Part shown: positions 28,081 through 44,110 of the stretch, piece after piece
How the letters are laid out: each line of letters opens with the position of its first letter
Position numbering within the stretch: position 1 is the first letter of the stretch
From: Chrysomallon squamiferum
Lineage: Eukaryota; Animalia; Mollusca
Assembly: GCA_012295275.1 (NCBI GenBank)
Contig: CM022678.1
Span: 11,656,001-11,720,000, forward strand
Direction of reading: 5' to 3'
Length of the DNA stretch: 64,000 bases
Translations under genes and position numbers: made by a program
The notes under the pieces: generated by a model
The model's database searches: none
Seen by the model: the letters and a program-made list of their open reading frames with translations, nothing else
Told to the model about the DNA's origin: nothing

Positions 28081-28674
28081 AAAACATCAAAGGGAACAGT
28101 AAATAATTGACCGATAAATCACCAAGTAGAACGTGAAATTATATATGTACAAAAAGTCACGAATTCTTTACAATGTTTACAAAAGCTGAGATGTAGACAA
28201 CAATGTAACTTTATGGAAGTCTTTATTTACGGCACAAACATTCGCCCCCCACCGTGCCGTTCAGTGACGTCATAACTCAGCATACTTCGGCGAAACAAAA
28301 GATGGCGCCTGGGAGCGAAGTCAAACGTAACATTTCATGCGTGTCTCTTTTGTAGTGTTTTCAGCAGGTAAATGTGTGTAGTGTCTCACAGGTGTAACAG
28401 AACAGAGGGACACGCGTGGCGGGTTTGACGGGTGGATAACATAAAGATCAACAGGGTGGGGGGTAAGAATGAGAGCGACACACAGATGGAGGCGAAAGAA
28501 ATAACTGTAACAACAACAACAACGACGACGACGACGATAACGATAATGCAAGTATGACGATGAAGAAGAAAAAGCTATTTCTTGTAACATAAATAAATAA
28601 ATAAACAACAACAACAACAACAATAATAATAATCATAGAAAAAAATGACCAACAATTAAAATTAAACACACATA

Positions 28675-28779
<105 letters not shown>

Positions 28780-29792
28780 GTCTCACACACACATACACAC
28801 AATCTGGGTGTGGGTGTGTGCGCGCGCGTGTTACAGTAATAGTTACAGTGTAACAGGTAACATTAAGCGGTACTTACAGATCAACAGTTAACTCACTCTG
28901 TGGTACAAAATTCCACGACCAAACACTAAGACTCATCCCAGCTATAAACGTGTTGCACACAAACTTGGTTTTTCAGTCTGTGACTGAACTGCTCATCTAA
29001 CATGACCGCAGTGATGTTCGAAATCGCTCATTGATCACATCTCTCGCCGCATGCAGACTGCCGCTTCGGTCTGTCGTCATCGTAACGCTACCCCATTGTT
29101 GCGATTACGTCACTGCGATTATCACGTCAGAAGTCACTGAACGACTTGTCGAGCGGAACCGGGTAGATTGTAGGGTAGGTTAAATTAACGCGAGTACGTC
29201 TGTGTAAAACTGGTTTTCTTCCGCTTCTGTTCCTGTGTATAATTAATTATTAAATCGAGCAGGGTTAGAGAATCGGTGTCATTTGCGTGCTCTGGTATCT
29301 GCTACAGTTATCTATTTTTATCTATGAAATCTATATCGTGAAAAGCCTTTTCAGAACCTGTCAGGGTAAAGATAGAGTGAAGCGGGCTGGTGAAAATCCG
29401 TGAACGACGAAACAGAACTATCAGGACGAATCAATAACAGTTTTCTCAGTAACCTGACAAAAAGTGTTTAAAAACTCGAGCAGTACGATATCTCGCGGCA
29501 TTCGAGATTTCCACTGATATACGTTTATCGATTTGTTAATTTATCGGTCGGTTGGTTTTTATCGTCGGGTCGAACATTCTTTTCGCGGGTTCATTTATTA
29601 TACATGCGCAGTCTCCGTGCTTATCGTTCGTTTACGTTTCTACGAATGAAATGCGGCGTAACAAAACGTATCGCGACCTTTGACCTCAAATAATCGAAAC
29701 CTTCGTATAACGTAAACAATAGACTGTCTTCTGGTCCGTTTTATTGCTGCTATAAAGGTGTGTTAATTCCTCAAACTAGATGAATAATAATA

Positions 29793-29831
<39 letters not shown>

Positions 29832-30108
29832 GTTTTGGAATGGTGTAAGATACAAGGAAAAGATTAAACTGATTACAGATGACAATCACGTCATTTGTAA
29901 CACCAAAAATAGCGGTGACGTCATTTAATTTCTTTACACCAGTCTACGTGACACAGATTCGCGGCGAGTACGTTTGAACGTAATTGATGAAAACGTCACT
30001 TTCCTGGTTTGACCCCAAAACGACCCAAAGGCTTTGATTTTATTTATACAGTGACGTAAACAAGTACAATTCAGGAAGTAAATTTAATTAATTTCAAGTT
30101 TACTGAAA

Positions 30109-30166
<58 letters not shown>

Positions 30167-30344
30167 CTATATCTAGATAATCACGTGAACAACAGCAACA
30201 ATGTAATACTATCCGTATGTGTGTCTATCTGTCTGTATTTATATAAATCTAAAAAGGAAATAAATAAAAATAAAATTGTTCTAAATATAAAGTAAATTTG
30301 ATACAAAATCAAAAGAACAAATTGTTTTCTAAAAGGACGATCAC

Positions 30345-30379
<35 letters not shown>

Positions 30380-30410
30380 TAATAACAATAACAATAATAA
30401 TAATAATAAC

Positions 30411-30442
<32 letters not shown>

Positions 30443-30469
30443 TAACAATAACAATAACAAAACAATAAC

Positions 30470-30504
<35 letters not shown>

Positions 30505-31137
30505 GAAACAAGACTGATATCGATTTCGGAACAAACACAAAATGTCTGACGCGGTTTCATTGCGGTTCTCCAACTTACACACTCGTAATTGCAAAAAAAC
30601 AGCGCCAATTACCACGCGCACCAGTCTCGCGTATTTACGCGCGCACGTCTCTGACGACAGCCCCGGGTCCTGAATCGTGCGTTTTCGTGAATGGACGCCT
30701 TTGATGAAGGTAAGTGGCAATTACAGGCAAATCAGGACGATGCGATTGGCGAAAACAAAAAGGGACGAATGTACAACAGAAGATAACGAATGGCCGCTCA
30801 ATACTGCAGCAGGGTATTGACTTAAGAAGGGAGAACACACATTGATCGATTTTTATTTTTAAGTATTTTTAAAATCATTATCGGTTTTCTTGTTTTTAAA
30901 CTGTAAGATCGATGCGACAAATTAGTTAATATCTGGGTTTGTTTCTTTTATCATTAATTTTCGAAGCTATGTTTTTATTTCGTAGTAAAGAATAAAAGAA
31001 TATTGGTGGTAATGATGATGATATAGTAATAATAGAATTTCCCGTTTGAACCGTTTTCGAAACTGTTCTGAGAATATTAGATTTAGAATTTACAGCTTTT
31101 TGTCTTCATTTGTTCGCGTGCCAAATGAAAAATCTAT

Positions 31138-31177
<40 letters not shown>

Positions 31178-31268
31178 CCCTTTCAAATAAGACATTACAT
31201 TGTTGAAAATATTGAAAACGCGTTACAATATTATTTTAAAAAAATAAATAAATAAATAAATAATAATA

Positions 31269-31338
<70 letters not shown>

Positions 31339-32229
31339 CAACAACAATAACAATAAATAAATAATAAATTTAAATACCGCTGAACACAAACATTGAATAC
31401 TGTGGTAACAGTTTATAGCAATGAAAGAAAAATCTTTGTTGCCAAAACGTTAGAAAATAATGAATGAGCAGATTCTAACGTCAGTGGTAATTTGCTGTCA
31501 AACATACAGCTTTGTTTAAAGATGATACCAGCAGTTCCTGGTCTACATATCTTCACAGATCACACCACGATACTAGAAAGTCAATGCTGGCGAGATCTAG
31601 CTGTAAAGAAGATTTGATCCTGTGTACAATCGGCCTCAGCAAAGCCTAAAATCGCTTGAAAAACAATTCGCACTTTAGTAAGTTTCAGAATGTGACTAAA
31701 CAAACAAATAAAACGCAAGAACAACGCGCTGAATTTAGTACATTTACAATTGACTCAACTGCTTAAATGGTTTTTCCATTTCTAACTTCATTTTTTTTTT
31801 TTTTTTTTTTCAAGGGCTGACGATAAAATCCCCCACAGTCGCTTGATTCCTGGCAATCAAAGAAAATCACGTCTTCGCGAATTTCTGCCGCTTTTTCAAC
31901 CGCTCTCGAAGCGCGGCGTGAACTGAAAATAGAACGCGAGTGAGAGAAGAGCACTTTGCAGCTTAAACGGGTATAAACAGACACAGCGCGAAGACGAAGT
32001 GAAGTTACAAAGCGCCAACAGAAGACGGGAGAAGTTTTCCTTCCAGTCAGACGCAGACGTGTTCTCCCGCCACAAGGCGCGTGCAGTCAATCGTCTGCTA
32101 TCGGCGTGAAGCAGACGACAGCTAACACGTTCTGTCGACGAGGAGATCTTCTTTTTAAAAAGTTTCCTTTTTGATTCTTATCTCTATTTTTTTTTAAAGT
32201 TGTTTGTCTATATATAGATACATACAAAC

Positions 32230-32265
<36 letters not shown>

Positions 32266-32404
32266 ATATTATGGATACATTATTCACAGACATACCATCT
32301 CGTTACTCTCTCTCTCTCTTTCTCTCTCGCATATATACATTCATCAGTGTTTTGCTATCACTAATTAATAAAAGTAATTTGTACAATGCACCATTTTGAA
32401 ACAG

Positions 32405-32491
<87 letters not shown>

Positions 32492-32581
32492 GTGAAGGCA
32501 CGTGTTGCTGTGTTTGAACACGAATCTGAACTCGTCACATATGAATAACTGGGATGTGCCTTAAATAACAGTTTAGACGTA

Positions 32582-32636
<55 letters not shown>

Positions 32637-32691
32637 TTGTGTGTGTTTGTTTGTGTGTGTGTGTGTGTGTGTGTGTGAGTTTGTGTGTGTG

Positions 32692-32727
<36 letters not shown>

Positions 32728-33087
32728 TTTGTGTGTGTGTGTGTGTGTGTTTGTGTGGGTGTGTGGGTGTTTGTGTGTGTACACATAATGGATATCTGTC
32801 ATAATTACGTTCCACAAATAATCAATATTTTCCAAAGTGCGCAGGACTAATGTTCAGCAAGAGGCATTCCATATCGGCCTAAAAAGCATTTCCATGTAAA
32901 TAACATCGAGTAAGGCAAAAACAAAAACATATTACCAGTCTCACCACTCTATCATGCACAGATTATGAGCGGCAGACAATCGAGATGACTTGTAAATGAA
33001 CCATTAACACAGATTTCTCAGAACATATTAGCTCAGATCGGTATATACATATTTATTTTATAGGACGTAGGCACTGTGCTCACTGTG

Positions 33088-33390
<303 letters not shown>

Positions 33391-34527
33391 AAACGCACAT
33401 GAAAACACACGTATGAAGATAAATGTAAAACACTAAGTGAATTACAAATGAGACTAAACCCTCGAGCTCTTCTGCTGAAAGTATATTAGCGGAAATTAAC
33501 CTGTTTTCCACTCGACTTTGATCTCTCGTTTTCGAGAACATCAACCAGTTTGTAAACAGCAGTTTGGATTAGCTAAATGAAGTTATTTACATATATTTAA
33601 ATTAGCTGTGGTTACAGATTTTTGTGTATCTGTTTCAGTTAGTTAGTACTGTTACTTCATGTTACAAAAGAACGCTTCTTTATGTATTTCTTGAACAATA
33701 ACAACAGCAGCAACAACAACTACAACAACAATAAATATACTAATATACTAGGTAGAAAAATCTAATAGATAAATAAACAGACATAAAGTATAGAGAGATA
33801 GACAGAAATACAAAGGTAGGTAGACAAATGATAGATATAGGTATGTAGGCAGGTAGACAATAGCTTTAAAACTTAGACCCGTAAGCAAACAGGTACTTCT
33901 ATTAATAAATAAACTGGAAGTTTTAGTATATATATATATATAGGTAGTGTTGCCATAGACAGTATTGACAGAAAACGACCTCCATTTGTTTACCTAAATT
34001 CTCATCACTTGAAGGCTTCCGTCTAATCGAGACTAACCAGCCTTGATTACACCGGAACGTCCTATTTCATCGAGACTAACAGTATTTGCCTGGGAGAAGA
34101 GAATGGCTGATTTAGAACTTAAACAACTTGGAAGGTGGCAGATTTCTCGATGGAGACCAATTAGTTGCTAAGTGATCGATACTTTCGTTCACCGCCATCT
34201 TGTTTGGAGAGAGATTAAAACAATATCTGCAACAACAGAACACTTTCAAGACGTTTTGAACAAGGAAACAGAACAGAGATTTTGTTATCTGCAATTGTGA
34301 AGAAAACGTTTTAAAACGAGAGAATAGTGATGATAATGATGATGGTGATAATGATGATGATAATAATAAGCATGACGACAATTAAGATGAAAAAGGCAAC
34401 AGCAGCTGCTTCAACAACAAATATTAATATTTAAGACACTGATGACGATCAAAGGAGCTGGAGCAGCAACAACAAAAGTGAATAACAGCGTACGTTGCAA
34501 CAACAACAGCATTTAATAATCATCAAC

Positions 34528-34572
<45 letters not shown>

Positions 34573-35545
34573 TACAATAACAATAATAATAATAACAACA
34601 ACAACAATACTAATGCAACTGTAGCAGCAGCAGTTCAACAACAACAACACTAATATAAAACAACAGCAACGACATCTGGTATCCAGTGTCTAACAGAGAG
34701 CGCATCGCATCTCAATATGAAAGACAATTAATTGAGCAGAGCAGGTTTCACTGTGAACACCGCAGTATGGACATCATTATTCCTAATTTCATCGCGCGAG
34801 CTTAATTAAATAAATTTCCCATAAAACATCAGTAACGGAATTCTTGAAGCAGCGTAACCATGGCAATTTGACGTTCAAAGCGGGGTAAGTTTTGTATCTC
34901 TGGCGAATGTATTTCCGAGATGTTCAGAACTCCGTTTCGTTTTCTTTCTTCTTCTCCTTCTTCTTTTTATTTTCGTTTTATTTTTTTTTTTTTTTTATTC
35001 GTTTATATTCTCTGTACTTTCTTCTTTCAGTTTTAATTTATTTACATTCTCTACGTTTCGTTTTGTCCCACATCTTATTCAGTTTTTTTTTTTCTTTCTT
35101 TCTTTCATCTGTTCTTCTCCCTTCGTGGTTTTAATTTGAGACAAAACACTTCAAAGTGCCTCGCGTAACCTGCCCGTACAGACAGACGAGCAGACGACGC
35201 CTGACAGTTTCTGCACGTGCTGCCGCTTTCAGGGTTCTACGACTAAGTCTGTGAGAAACTCTCTGTGTTTGTTTACTGACAGTCTGGAACTGTCTTGGAA
35301 TCGTGTACGAGTACATGAAGCAACAATTACAGGCAATAAATCAACCATTCCATTTTTCGGTGATGATGGAAGCTCGGCATGCACGTGCATGTTTTATTAG
35401 GGAAACGTTTACGCGAGGCGCGAGTAGGACTGAAAATATCCGCGTTACGTCAAAGTGTGTGAAACTGTGATCAAGTTTCCTTGTGGCGGCCTCTCTGTTT
35501 AGTTTCTTTTTCTAGATTCTTCTTTTCACATTTTGAGACTGAGAT

Positions 35546-35633
<88 letters not shown>

Positions 35634-35891
35634 GGAATACTAAGGAGAAGAAAACGAAGTGAAACAAAGTAATTAACACAACTTTGTATCACTAATGTAG
35701 AAATAAAGACCCAGAGTTTCACAAGTAAACATCAATAACAGCAGCTGCGGCAAACATTTATAAACATAGCAGTATATACACAAACACTGCTAAATGTTAT
35801 ACTACGTTACCAAAAAAATTAAAATCAAGCAGTAATTTTAAATAAAATAATAAACAAAAATAAAATAAAATTTATAAATATAATACAATAA

Positions 35892-35960
<69 letters not shown>

Positions 35961-37123
35961 TAAACAGAGTAATAAACAAATAACCAAATAAATAAATAAA
36001 TAAATAAATGTAGAAAAAACACCAAAAAACAAAACAGAACAAACAAACAAATAAACAAATAAACAAATAAATAAAATGTTTGTAAAGCGGATGACTATTC
36101 AGTATTACGTACAAGTGAAGTTAGAGTTACTCAGTGTAGTACAATCGAATGCGCTCTCACCGCGTCGCGCCAGTGTCCATGGTAACGTAATTATCAGAGG
36201 TCGAAATCGCCTTTCTACAAAACAAACTTTTCAATTCCTTAATTAGCAAATAATTCTGCACCCGCGAGGTACATATGAAGACGCACACTCAATATCTGAA
36301 ATCATTATAGATTTTTCCGTAAGGGAGAACGGAGAGCATTCTTCGGCAATTTTCGGGTTCAGGGGCGGGTAATTATATTTGGTAGCCATTGGTAGCAGTG
36401 TTAGTTGTGATGTCCTCTAGGTAAACCAGGCACTGCAGAGTTTCAGAGGTTACTGACAGATTTCAGTGACTTTATCAACATTGGTGCTTTTTGTTTTTGA
36501 GAAAGGAAAATGAAAAAAAAAGAAAAAAGAAAGAAAGAAGAAGAATACAAAAATATATATATATATAAAATAATTTTTTTTAATTTAACTTCTTTTAATA
36601 AAAATGTATTTAACACAAAAAAAAAAAGAGTAAAAAAAAGAAGAAAAAAAAGATTTTCAATAATTTCAGCATTTTTCTGTGTCATTTATTTCTTTCTCTC
36701 TTTCTTAATTTTATTTGCTTCTTTTCATTTTAAGTAGAGGTATTTCTTTCAAGGGTCCCACAATACAATTTGCAAAATAGTTCCAGTGCGTCAGAAAACT
36801 ACTTTTATACTCGTTAAGTAATCAGGTCTGCCGAGCGTAGTAATACAATACACGCCGACACATCCTGTATCAGATTAAAATAAATCGCTTAATAAATATA
36901 TTATTTAATTTTTTAAAATATAAATTGTGATTGAAAATGCCTCAAGCGATTCAAAATTTAATATTAATTTCCCTGTTGAGTGATGGAAAATGAAATATAT
37001 TTTTTCCTTCTATTTTTTTTCTTTTCTGGATTTCTAAATTATTATTATTTTTTTTTTTTTTTGTCGTTTTAAATGGTTTTGCATTATGCTCTTTTCGTCG
37101 CTGTGATTATCTCTCGTCATTAA

Positions 37124-37156
<33 letters not shown>

Positions 37157-37336
37157 AATCTCATAATGATGGTAATCTTACTGTCGTTATTATCTTTTCA
37201 TTTTTTTCTTCTTTCTTTTCTTCTTGTTCTTTATATTTTTATTTTATTTTTTTTTTTATCTTGATTTTTAGAAAACAAAAAAATTATTAATACTTTTTCT
37301 TCTCTTTCATCTTCCTTTTCTTCCCTATCTTGCTTG

Positions 37337-37372
<36 letters not shown>

Positions 37373-38604
37373 CATTTTCTTATTATTTTTTTAAATTATT
37401 TTTCAGAGAGAGGTGAATGTCACAAGCTGGATTAAACATAAATTAGCTACGTGTATTTCTGGTCTCTGTTACTGATACTGTTGTTTATTTTTCTTTCCTT
37501 GCAGTACACAGTTCAATGACTCACCGAGGATTGAACGAAGGAGGAAAGAAAGAAGAGAAAGAAAGAAGAAAGGAAGAGAGTATGGAAACAAAGAAGGAAA
37601 AACGGGAGTGAAAGAAAATGTTTTAACGAAATCGTAACAAATTTCAGTTCTGATCGTTAGTACAGACAGTTAAAACTGTTTGTTTTTCCTAAAATAAAAG
37701 TAGTAGAGCGGAAACCCGCTGAAGCCACACAGTGGATTTAGCAGAAAGATTTATTTTATATAAACCTGCTCATAGTTAGTGAAAATGTTACACGGCGATT
37801 GCTGGATTGTTGGCTGGAATGTGAGAAACAAGTTTGGGTGAGGAGCTGTTCCTGCTTGGTACTAGTGAAGATGAAAAACACAATAAAACAACAGAAATGA
37901 AGAAGAAGACAAAAAATGTATAAAGAAGAAGAAAAAATCAAACAATTTGCAGAAGATGAAAGATATAAATGTAAGAAAACAACGAATATGAAGGAAAAAA
38001 AGGTTACAAAATAACGAATGATTATATTCAAAGGCAAACACAAATAAAAAAATAGCACAATATGTGCAACTGCAGCAACAACAGCAGCAGCAGTAATATT
38101 TCTAGCATTTAAATAAACTATATATATATATATCAAACAAAAAAAAAATAATAATAGTAATCAAAACAAATGAAAGTTTAAAAGAAAGAAAGAAAAATAG
38201 ACCACAAAAAAAAAAAAAAAAAATAAAATAAAATAAAATAAACATAAAATTAAATAAAAAAAAATACCCACAACGAAATCAGAAAACCGAGCACACGAGC
38301 TTAAAGACAGTTCCACTTACGTTTAAAAAGCAGCAGCAGAGCGCACCAAGGAAAAGTAAATTTTGTGAAACTCACCTCCGCGTTCTGTGAGAAAACCTTA
38401 CTGCGAGGCGTCCTAGACCCAGTCTGTGCAGACCAACACACAGTGGGATCAATAATATTTTGGTTTGTTAGGTGTAAGCCAAACGTAATCCGACACAAGC
38501 CAATGCAGTTAGAGCGTATTAGTTCCTTTCATTTCCTGTTAGTGTCAGGCAAAGTGAACACAAAAATGTCACTGGCAGCACGAACAGTCGACGAATCAGC
38601 CACT

Positions 38605-39051
38605 GTGTTGGGTAACGTTCGTTTGGCGTCACTCGCACGGTTTTGTACGTTGTTTGCGTATTGCGTAACGTTCGTTTTGCTAACTTTTTAACTATTTTTT
38701 TGTATGTTGTTTGCGTATTGGATAACGTCCCTGTTGGCAAGTTTTGTATGATTTTTGTACATTGTATGAATATTTGGTAACACACTCGGGGAAACAACTG
38801 TATAATGCTGTATGTGTACTGGGTAATGTTCTTAGACACCACTGGGATGGTTTGAATGTCGAATGCGTATTATACAGCGTAAGGCTGGAAGCATGTTCTG
38901 TACTTTGAAACCACGCGCGTTCGGTAACGTAATTTGGCACAAACATGTAATCGGCAACGTACAACTAGAAAAACGCGTGTTCAGTATCAAGCGTTTTGGC
39001 TGTGTTCATTATGGACACGAGCATGTTATAACATGCGCTTACAACACTCTC

Positions 39052-39150
<99 letters not shown>

Positions 39151-39410
39151 CAAACTCTCTCTCTCACACAGTAATTTTGGCAGCTTTTGTATGATATATG
39201 CGAGATGAGTAACGTATTTCTGGAAGACAGTATAATGCACACGTTTTCAGTAACGTGCATTTGGCAGCCGATGTGCGTATTGGGTAACATGCACTTGATT
39301 CACATGCGCGTTCTGTGACAGTTTTATGTTAGAAATGTGCAGTTCTTGGAGATAATTCCAGTGTGTGTGTTTGGCAGTACAGTTAGGTATGTTGCGTTTG
39401 CGTAACTCAT
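38605..39410. repeat. Highly degenerate repeat array with a recurring TTGGGTAACGT-like core, interrupted by a (CT)n tract
   Basis: Core-like motifs near 38611, 38664, 38721, 38776, 38822, 38923, 38953, 39208, 39249, 39283 and 39401. Confidence 0.55.
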
Positions 39411-40360
39411 AACGAAAATGTTAAGTTTCATTACTTATAAACGACGATTTTGTTTTCAGTTAATAATTTGTATATTTGGCTTCGTTTACTAAACTGCATG
39501 CTAAAAATGTCTTTTGTAAAAAAAGTGAAAAGGTTAAGAAATAAATTACATTTACAACTCTGTTTTACAGCGAAATGCCACCTCCCACAGGAAAGTTCTT
39601 TTTCTGCCACCTTTCCCGCCCACTGCCCCAGCATCCTTTAATTAGCTTTGTACCAGAGCGCGCGGTTTTTGTCTCTTTGCGGTTCTTTCTGTTATTTTGT
39701 CGCAGCAGAGTGCAGCAAAATATATCACACAGAATAATGGAGTTGGAAGTCACGCATTAGCGAACACAGGCTGAAGATGGTCGTGTTTAGAGTTAATTCA
39801 GATGAATGTAAATGACTTTATCTTTTCATGGTCATATTAATTACATTATTAGTAACTGAAGTATTAAGATTTAGCTTACTTTGGTGGATTAATGAATATT
39901 TTTTGTTGCTGTTGAAAGTTTGTAGTGAAAGGAGGGCGAAAGAGATAAAGAGAGTTCAAGAAAAAAAAAGAGAGAGATAGAGATAGATAGATAGACAGAC
40001 AGAGAGAGAGAGAGAGAGACAGAGAGAGAGAGATAGATAGGACAGACAGACAGAGAGACAGAGAGACACAGAGAGATATAGATAGATAGATAGATAGATA
40101 GACAGAGATAGATATATAGATAGATAGACAGAGAGAGACAGAGAGAGACAGAGAGAGATAGATACATAGATAGATAGAGATAGAGAGAAAGAGAGAGAGT
40201 AGTGTATGTGTGCATCTGTATGTATGGTTATTTTTTAAGTGTGTGTGTGTATATGTGTATGTGTATAGATGTGTATGTGTGTTTGTATATATGCGTATGT
40301 GTGAATGTACGAGTGTATGAGGTATACACACACATACATACATACATATATATATATATA

Positions 40361-40396
<36 letters not shown>

Positions 40397-40407
40397 TACA
40401 TACATAT

Positions 40408-40440
<33 letters not shown>

Positions 40441-41132
40441 TATACATACATATATATATACATACATAGATACATACATATATACATACATACATATATA
40501 TATACATACATACATACAATCCAGTAACATGATAAACATACGTGCACAAGCGGACTCTTTGAAACGACTGAAATTAGTTTACGATGAAATTTGAATAAAT
40601 TACAATAACAAAACCATCCTGAGTACTCTACACCGTACTGCACTGGATTACACTGATACTACTAATAAATCTACTTACAGTGCTGTGAGAACTGGTGTAC
40701 AAAGGAGTCTACACAGATTTATAGCAACTCGGGGTCACGCGGTACGGAGTAGATAATCAAGTCGTGTACGAAACTGAGTTCAGTGAGCATGTTTACTCAC
40801 AGAGAGCCTTTACTCACAGAGAGAGAGCAGCAATTTGATTGGAAGACAGAGTATTACGTCACAGACTTGTGACGTTCATTGAGGCGAGTTGAAGATTTTT
40901 ATCATTTTGTTTATAAAACAGAGTAGGAGGAAGAACAAGACGATTACAGAAAGAACAAAAAAAAAAAAAAAAAAAAAAAAAAATGAGAGGGAGAGAAGAA
41001 AAACAAAAACGAAATAAAAATGAAGAGAACTAAGCTGAAGAAAAAATAAATGTGAAATAAATGAAAGAAAAAGAAGAAATATGTATGTATTTAAAATTAA
41101 ATCAAAGAGTAAATATGAAAAAGGCTTATAAG

Positions 41133-41165
<33 letters not shown>

Positions 41166-41537
41166 ATGAAACAATTAAAAGAAAAAAGATTAAATGATTT
41201 GGCGCTGTGTGTGGATGTGTTTCTGTTTTTGTATGAACAACATACACAGACACACACACAGACACACGTACGTTAAAACATCCCCAGGATGAACAAAACA
41301 TGAGACAAATAATTTTATTAAACTGATTATATAATAAAAAACCGTATCACTGTGTTTATTTCTTACGCTATCCCCCTCTAAGCCAACCCCACCCTGAACC
41401 GCCCCTGCACTAATCATAATTTCTGATTTTTGTTTGAGATGGAACAGAGAGCATCTGGTTTTATAATCAGTCTTATCAGTTTTAGCATGTTTTTATCAAG
41501 ATGGCGTTTCTTCACGGAACTGTGATTATTTTTTTTT

Positions 41538-41584
<47 letters not shown>

Positions 41585-42709
41585 TATCTGCTAATGAAAT
41601 CTTTCGTATCAGCCGCTGATCTCATTTGACAGAACAGACAAAAATATCAACAAAAAACTAAAAAATTTGTTTTAGGGTTGGGGTGCGGACAAAGATAATA
41701 GAATTTAATGAGATGCAATTATTATTTTTTATAATTAGAAAGAAATGAAAGACAATACAAGGAAGAAAGAATGGAAGAAATAAGGAATGAATGACTAAAT
41801 GGAAGGAAGGAGGGAAATAAGAAATTTTTATTTTGTTTTGTATTTCTGACTGAGAAATGGAGAACGATGTAAATTAACAAGCAGCTGCTGCAGCATCGTC
41901 AACAGCAACTGTAGCAGCACAAAGACCACAACAACATCAACAACAGTAACACTCGAGGCTGAGTTTATCAAGAAACAGAAAAAAAAAAAAAAAAAGGAAA
42001 ACAGTACAGAAAAGAAAATGAGATGAGGATCATAAAGATGATGATGACGATTATCAAAGTGGTAATGATGACACGACGACGACAACGACGACTAAAACGG
42101 TGATGATTAGACGACGTTACTGACGATGATGAAGACTTTAAAACTGTTTTTACGATCGATGAAAATCTCATTTTCTCTGCAGGATTTTCTCTCGTGTTTG
42201 AAATCTGCGAGACTCGTCAACGAAGTGACGTGCAACACACACAGTGTAGTCACGTAGAGTCACGTAGAGTCACGTGCAGTCACTTCACTGTAACATGTCT
42301 GAGATCAACGTGATAATGAACTTTCATTTATTTATATCTTTTGTTTTTTCTTTTCTTGGATTTCCAGTCTGTTTCCGTCTCGTATAATTCTTACATTGCA
42401 AAGAATAATTGTGAATCGACGGAACCAAAATTTAATATTCAAATAATATAGATATATATATAGAAATTGATTAAATATATCCACAACTAACTACAATAAA
42501 ATCAATAACAACAACAACAACATGAATGAATGAATGAATGAATGAATAAATAAAGAAACAAACAAAGAAAAAAGAAAAAAACAGACAGACAGACAAACAT
42601 ATTCTGGTATTTTGAATCACTGTACCGAAAATAAATGGTAAGTAAGTGGATTCATAAAGTTTCGTGAACTTGTCACCTTCCTGAATCTCCCTGAATCAAC
42701 AAATCACTT

Positions 42710-42970
42710 CATCCACACGTCCACACATCCACACGTCCATACATCCACACGTCCATACATCCACACGTCCACACATCCACACGTCCACACATCCACACGT
42801 CCAGACATCCACACGTCCAGACATCCACACGTCCATACATCCACACGTCCATACATCCACACGTCCACACATCCACACGTCCACACATCCACACGTCCAC
42901 ACATCCACACGTCCACACATCCACACGTCCACACATCCACACGTCCACACATCCACACGTCCACACATCC
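42710..42970. repeat. 16-bp minisatellite CATCCACACGTCCA(C/T/G)A x16
   Basis: Sixteen exact-period units with a single variable position. Confidence 0.97.
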
Positions 42971-43909
42971 AGTATTTAAACCAGCTCTAGACTCATCCAC
43001 GCTAACTCTCTCTCCTACACGAAATAACTAAACTAATTATCAAGTCGATTACGATTGATTCTGATTTACCATTTTGTCCACACGTTCCTACTTCATCACG
43101 TTTAACTCAGAAACAGTAATATCCGTTCAGCGCCACCATGCGGATTTAGCGCACTTCCTGTCTAAATTAAAGAGACAAACCGACTGGTCGCCCGGTCATT
43201 TTTATTAACTGTGAATTTAAGCGCAACGATCAAATAAACAGCAGTCTGTTTCTGACTGAATTAACCCAGTATGCAGATGAATCAGGTGAAGATGATCGTC
43301 GGAGATTGCCGAGAAAATCGAATGACAACAAGACGGAAAGTACCGAAAATATACAAGTTTATGAATTCCTGTTAAAGGCTAACATGCAAACTGACGAAAC
43401 TGCATTAAGATGTTAAGAACCACTCTGACGAAAATGTACGAAAGCCTACGAAATATTCCGCGCCTGTAAATGACGACAATTCACGAGAAATTTCAGTTTC
43501 TTAAAAGACGATTAACTATGAAAACTTACCGCGAGAAATGATAGGCCATTAATTTAACGAAAGAGACGAAGAGAGAAAAACATAAAGAAGTGGAAAATGA
43601 CAGAAATAATCACCTAAGAGAAGAAGTAATTAATTTAAATGATTTATTGAGGTAATTATCCCGACATACGCTCACTAAATGAACATTAAAAGGTAAAAGA
43701 AACAAAAAATGTTTGGCAGAAAAAAAAAAAAAACCATATATATTTTTGTTTGATATTCATTACATCTGACTTTTAAAAGGGGTAAAAGTGAAAAGAGGAA
43801 AATAAAATAAAATTAATTAATCATCATGCAACAGCCAGAATAATAAATTATCTAAAATTTTAAATAAACGTTGAATAATAAAGAAATTCGTAACAGAAAG
43901 GAGCTGTGT

Positions 43910-44110
<201 letters not shown>

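Noticed and set aside
30691-30715. Plus-strand ATGGACGCCTTTGATGAAG|GTAAGT as the first exon of a second gene
   Set aside because: Strong donor but only six codons. Joining it to the best downstream acceptor I saw (37504) gives a short low-complexity peptide with no recognisable homology.
42696-43000. Cys/Trp-rich repeat ORFs (WTCGCVDVWMCGRVD)
   Set aside because: All three minus frames are open simply because the 16-bp unit has no stop; the period is not a multiple of three.
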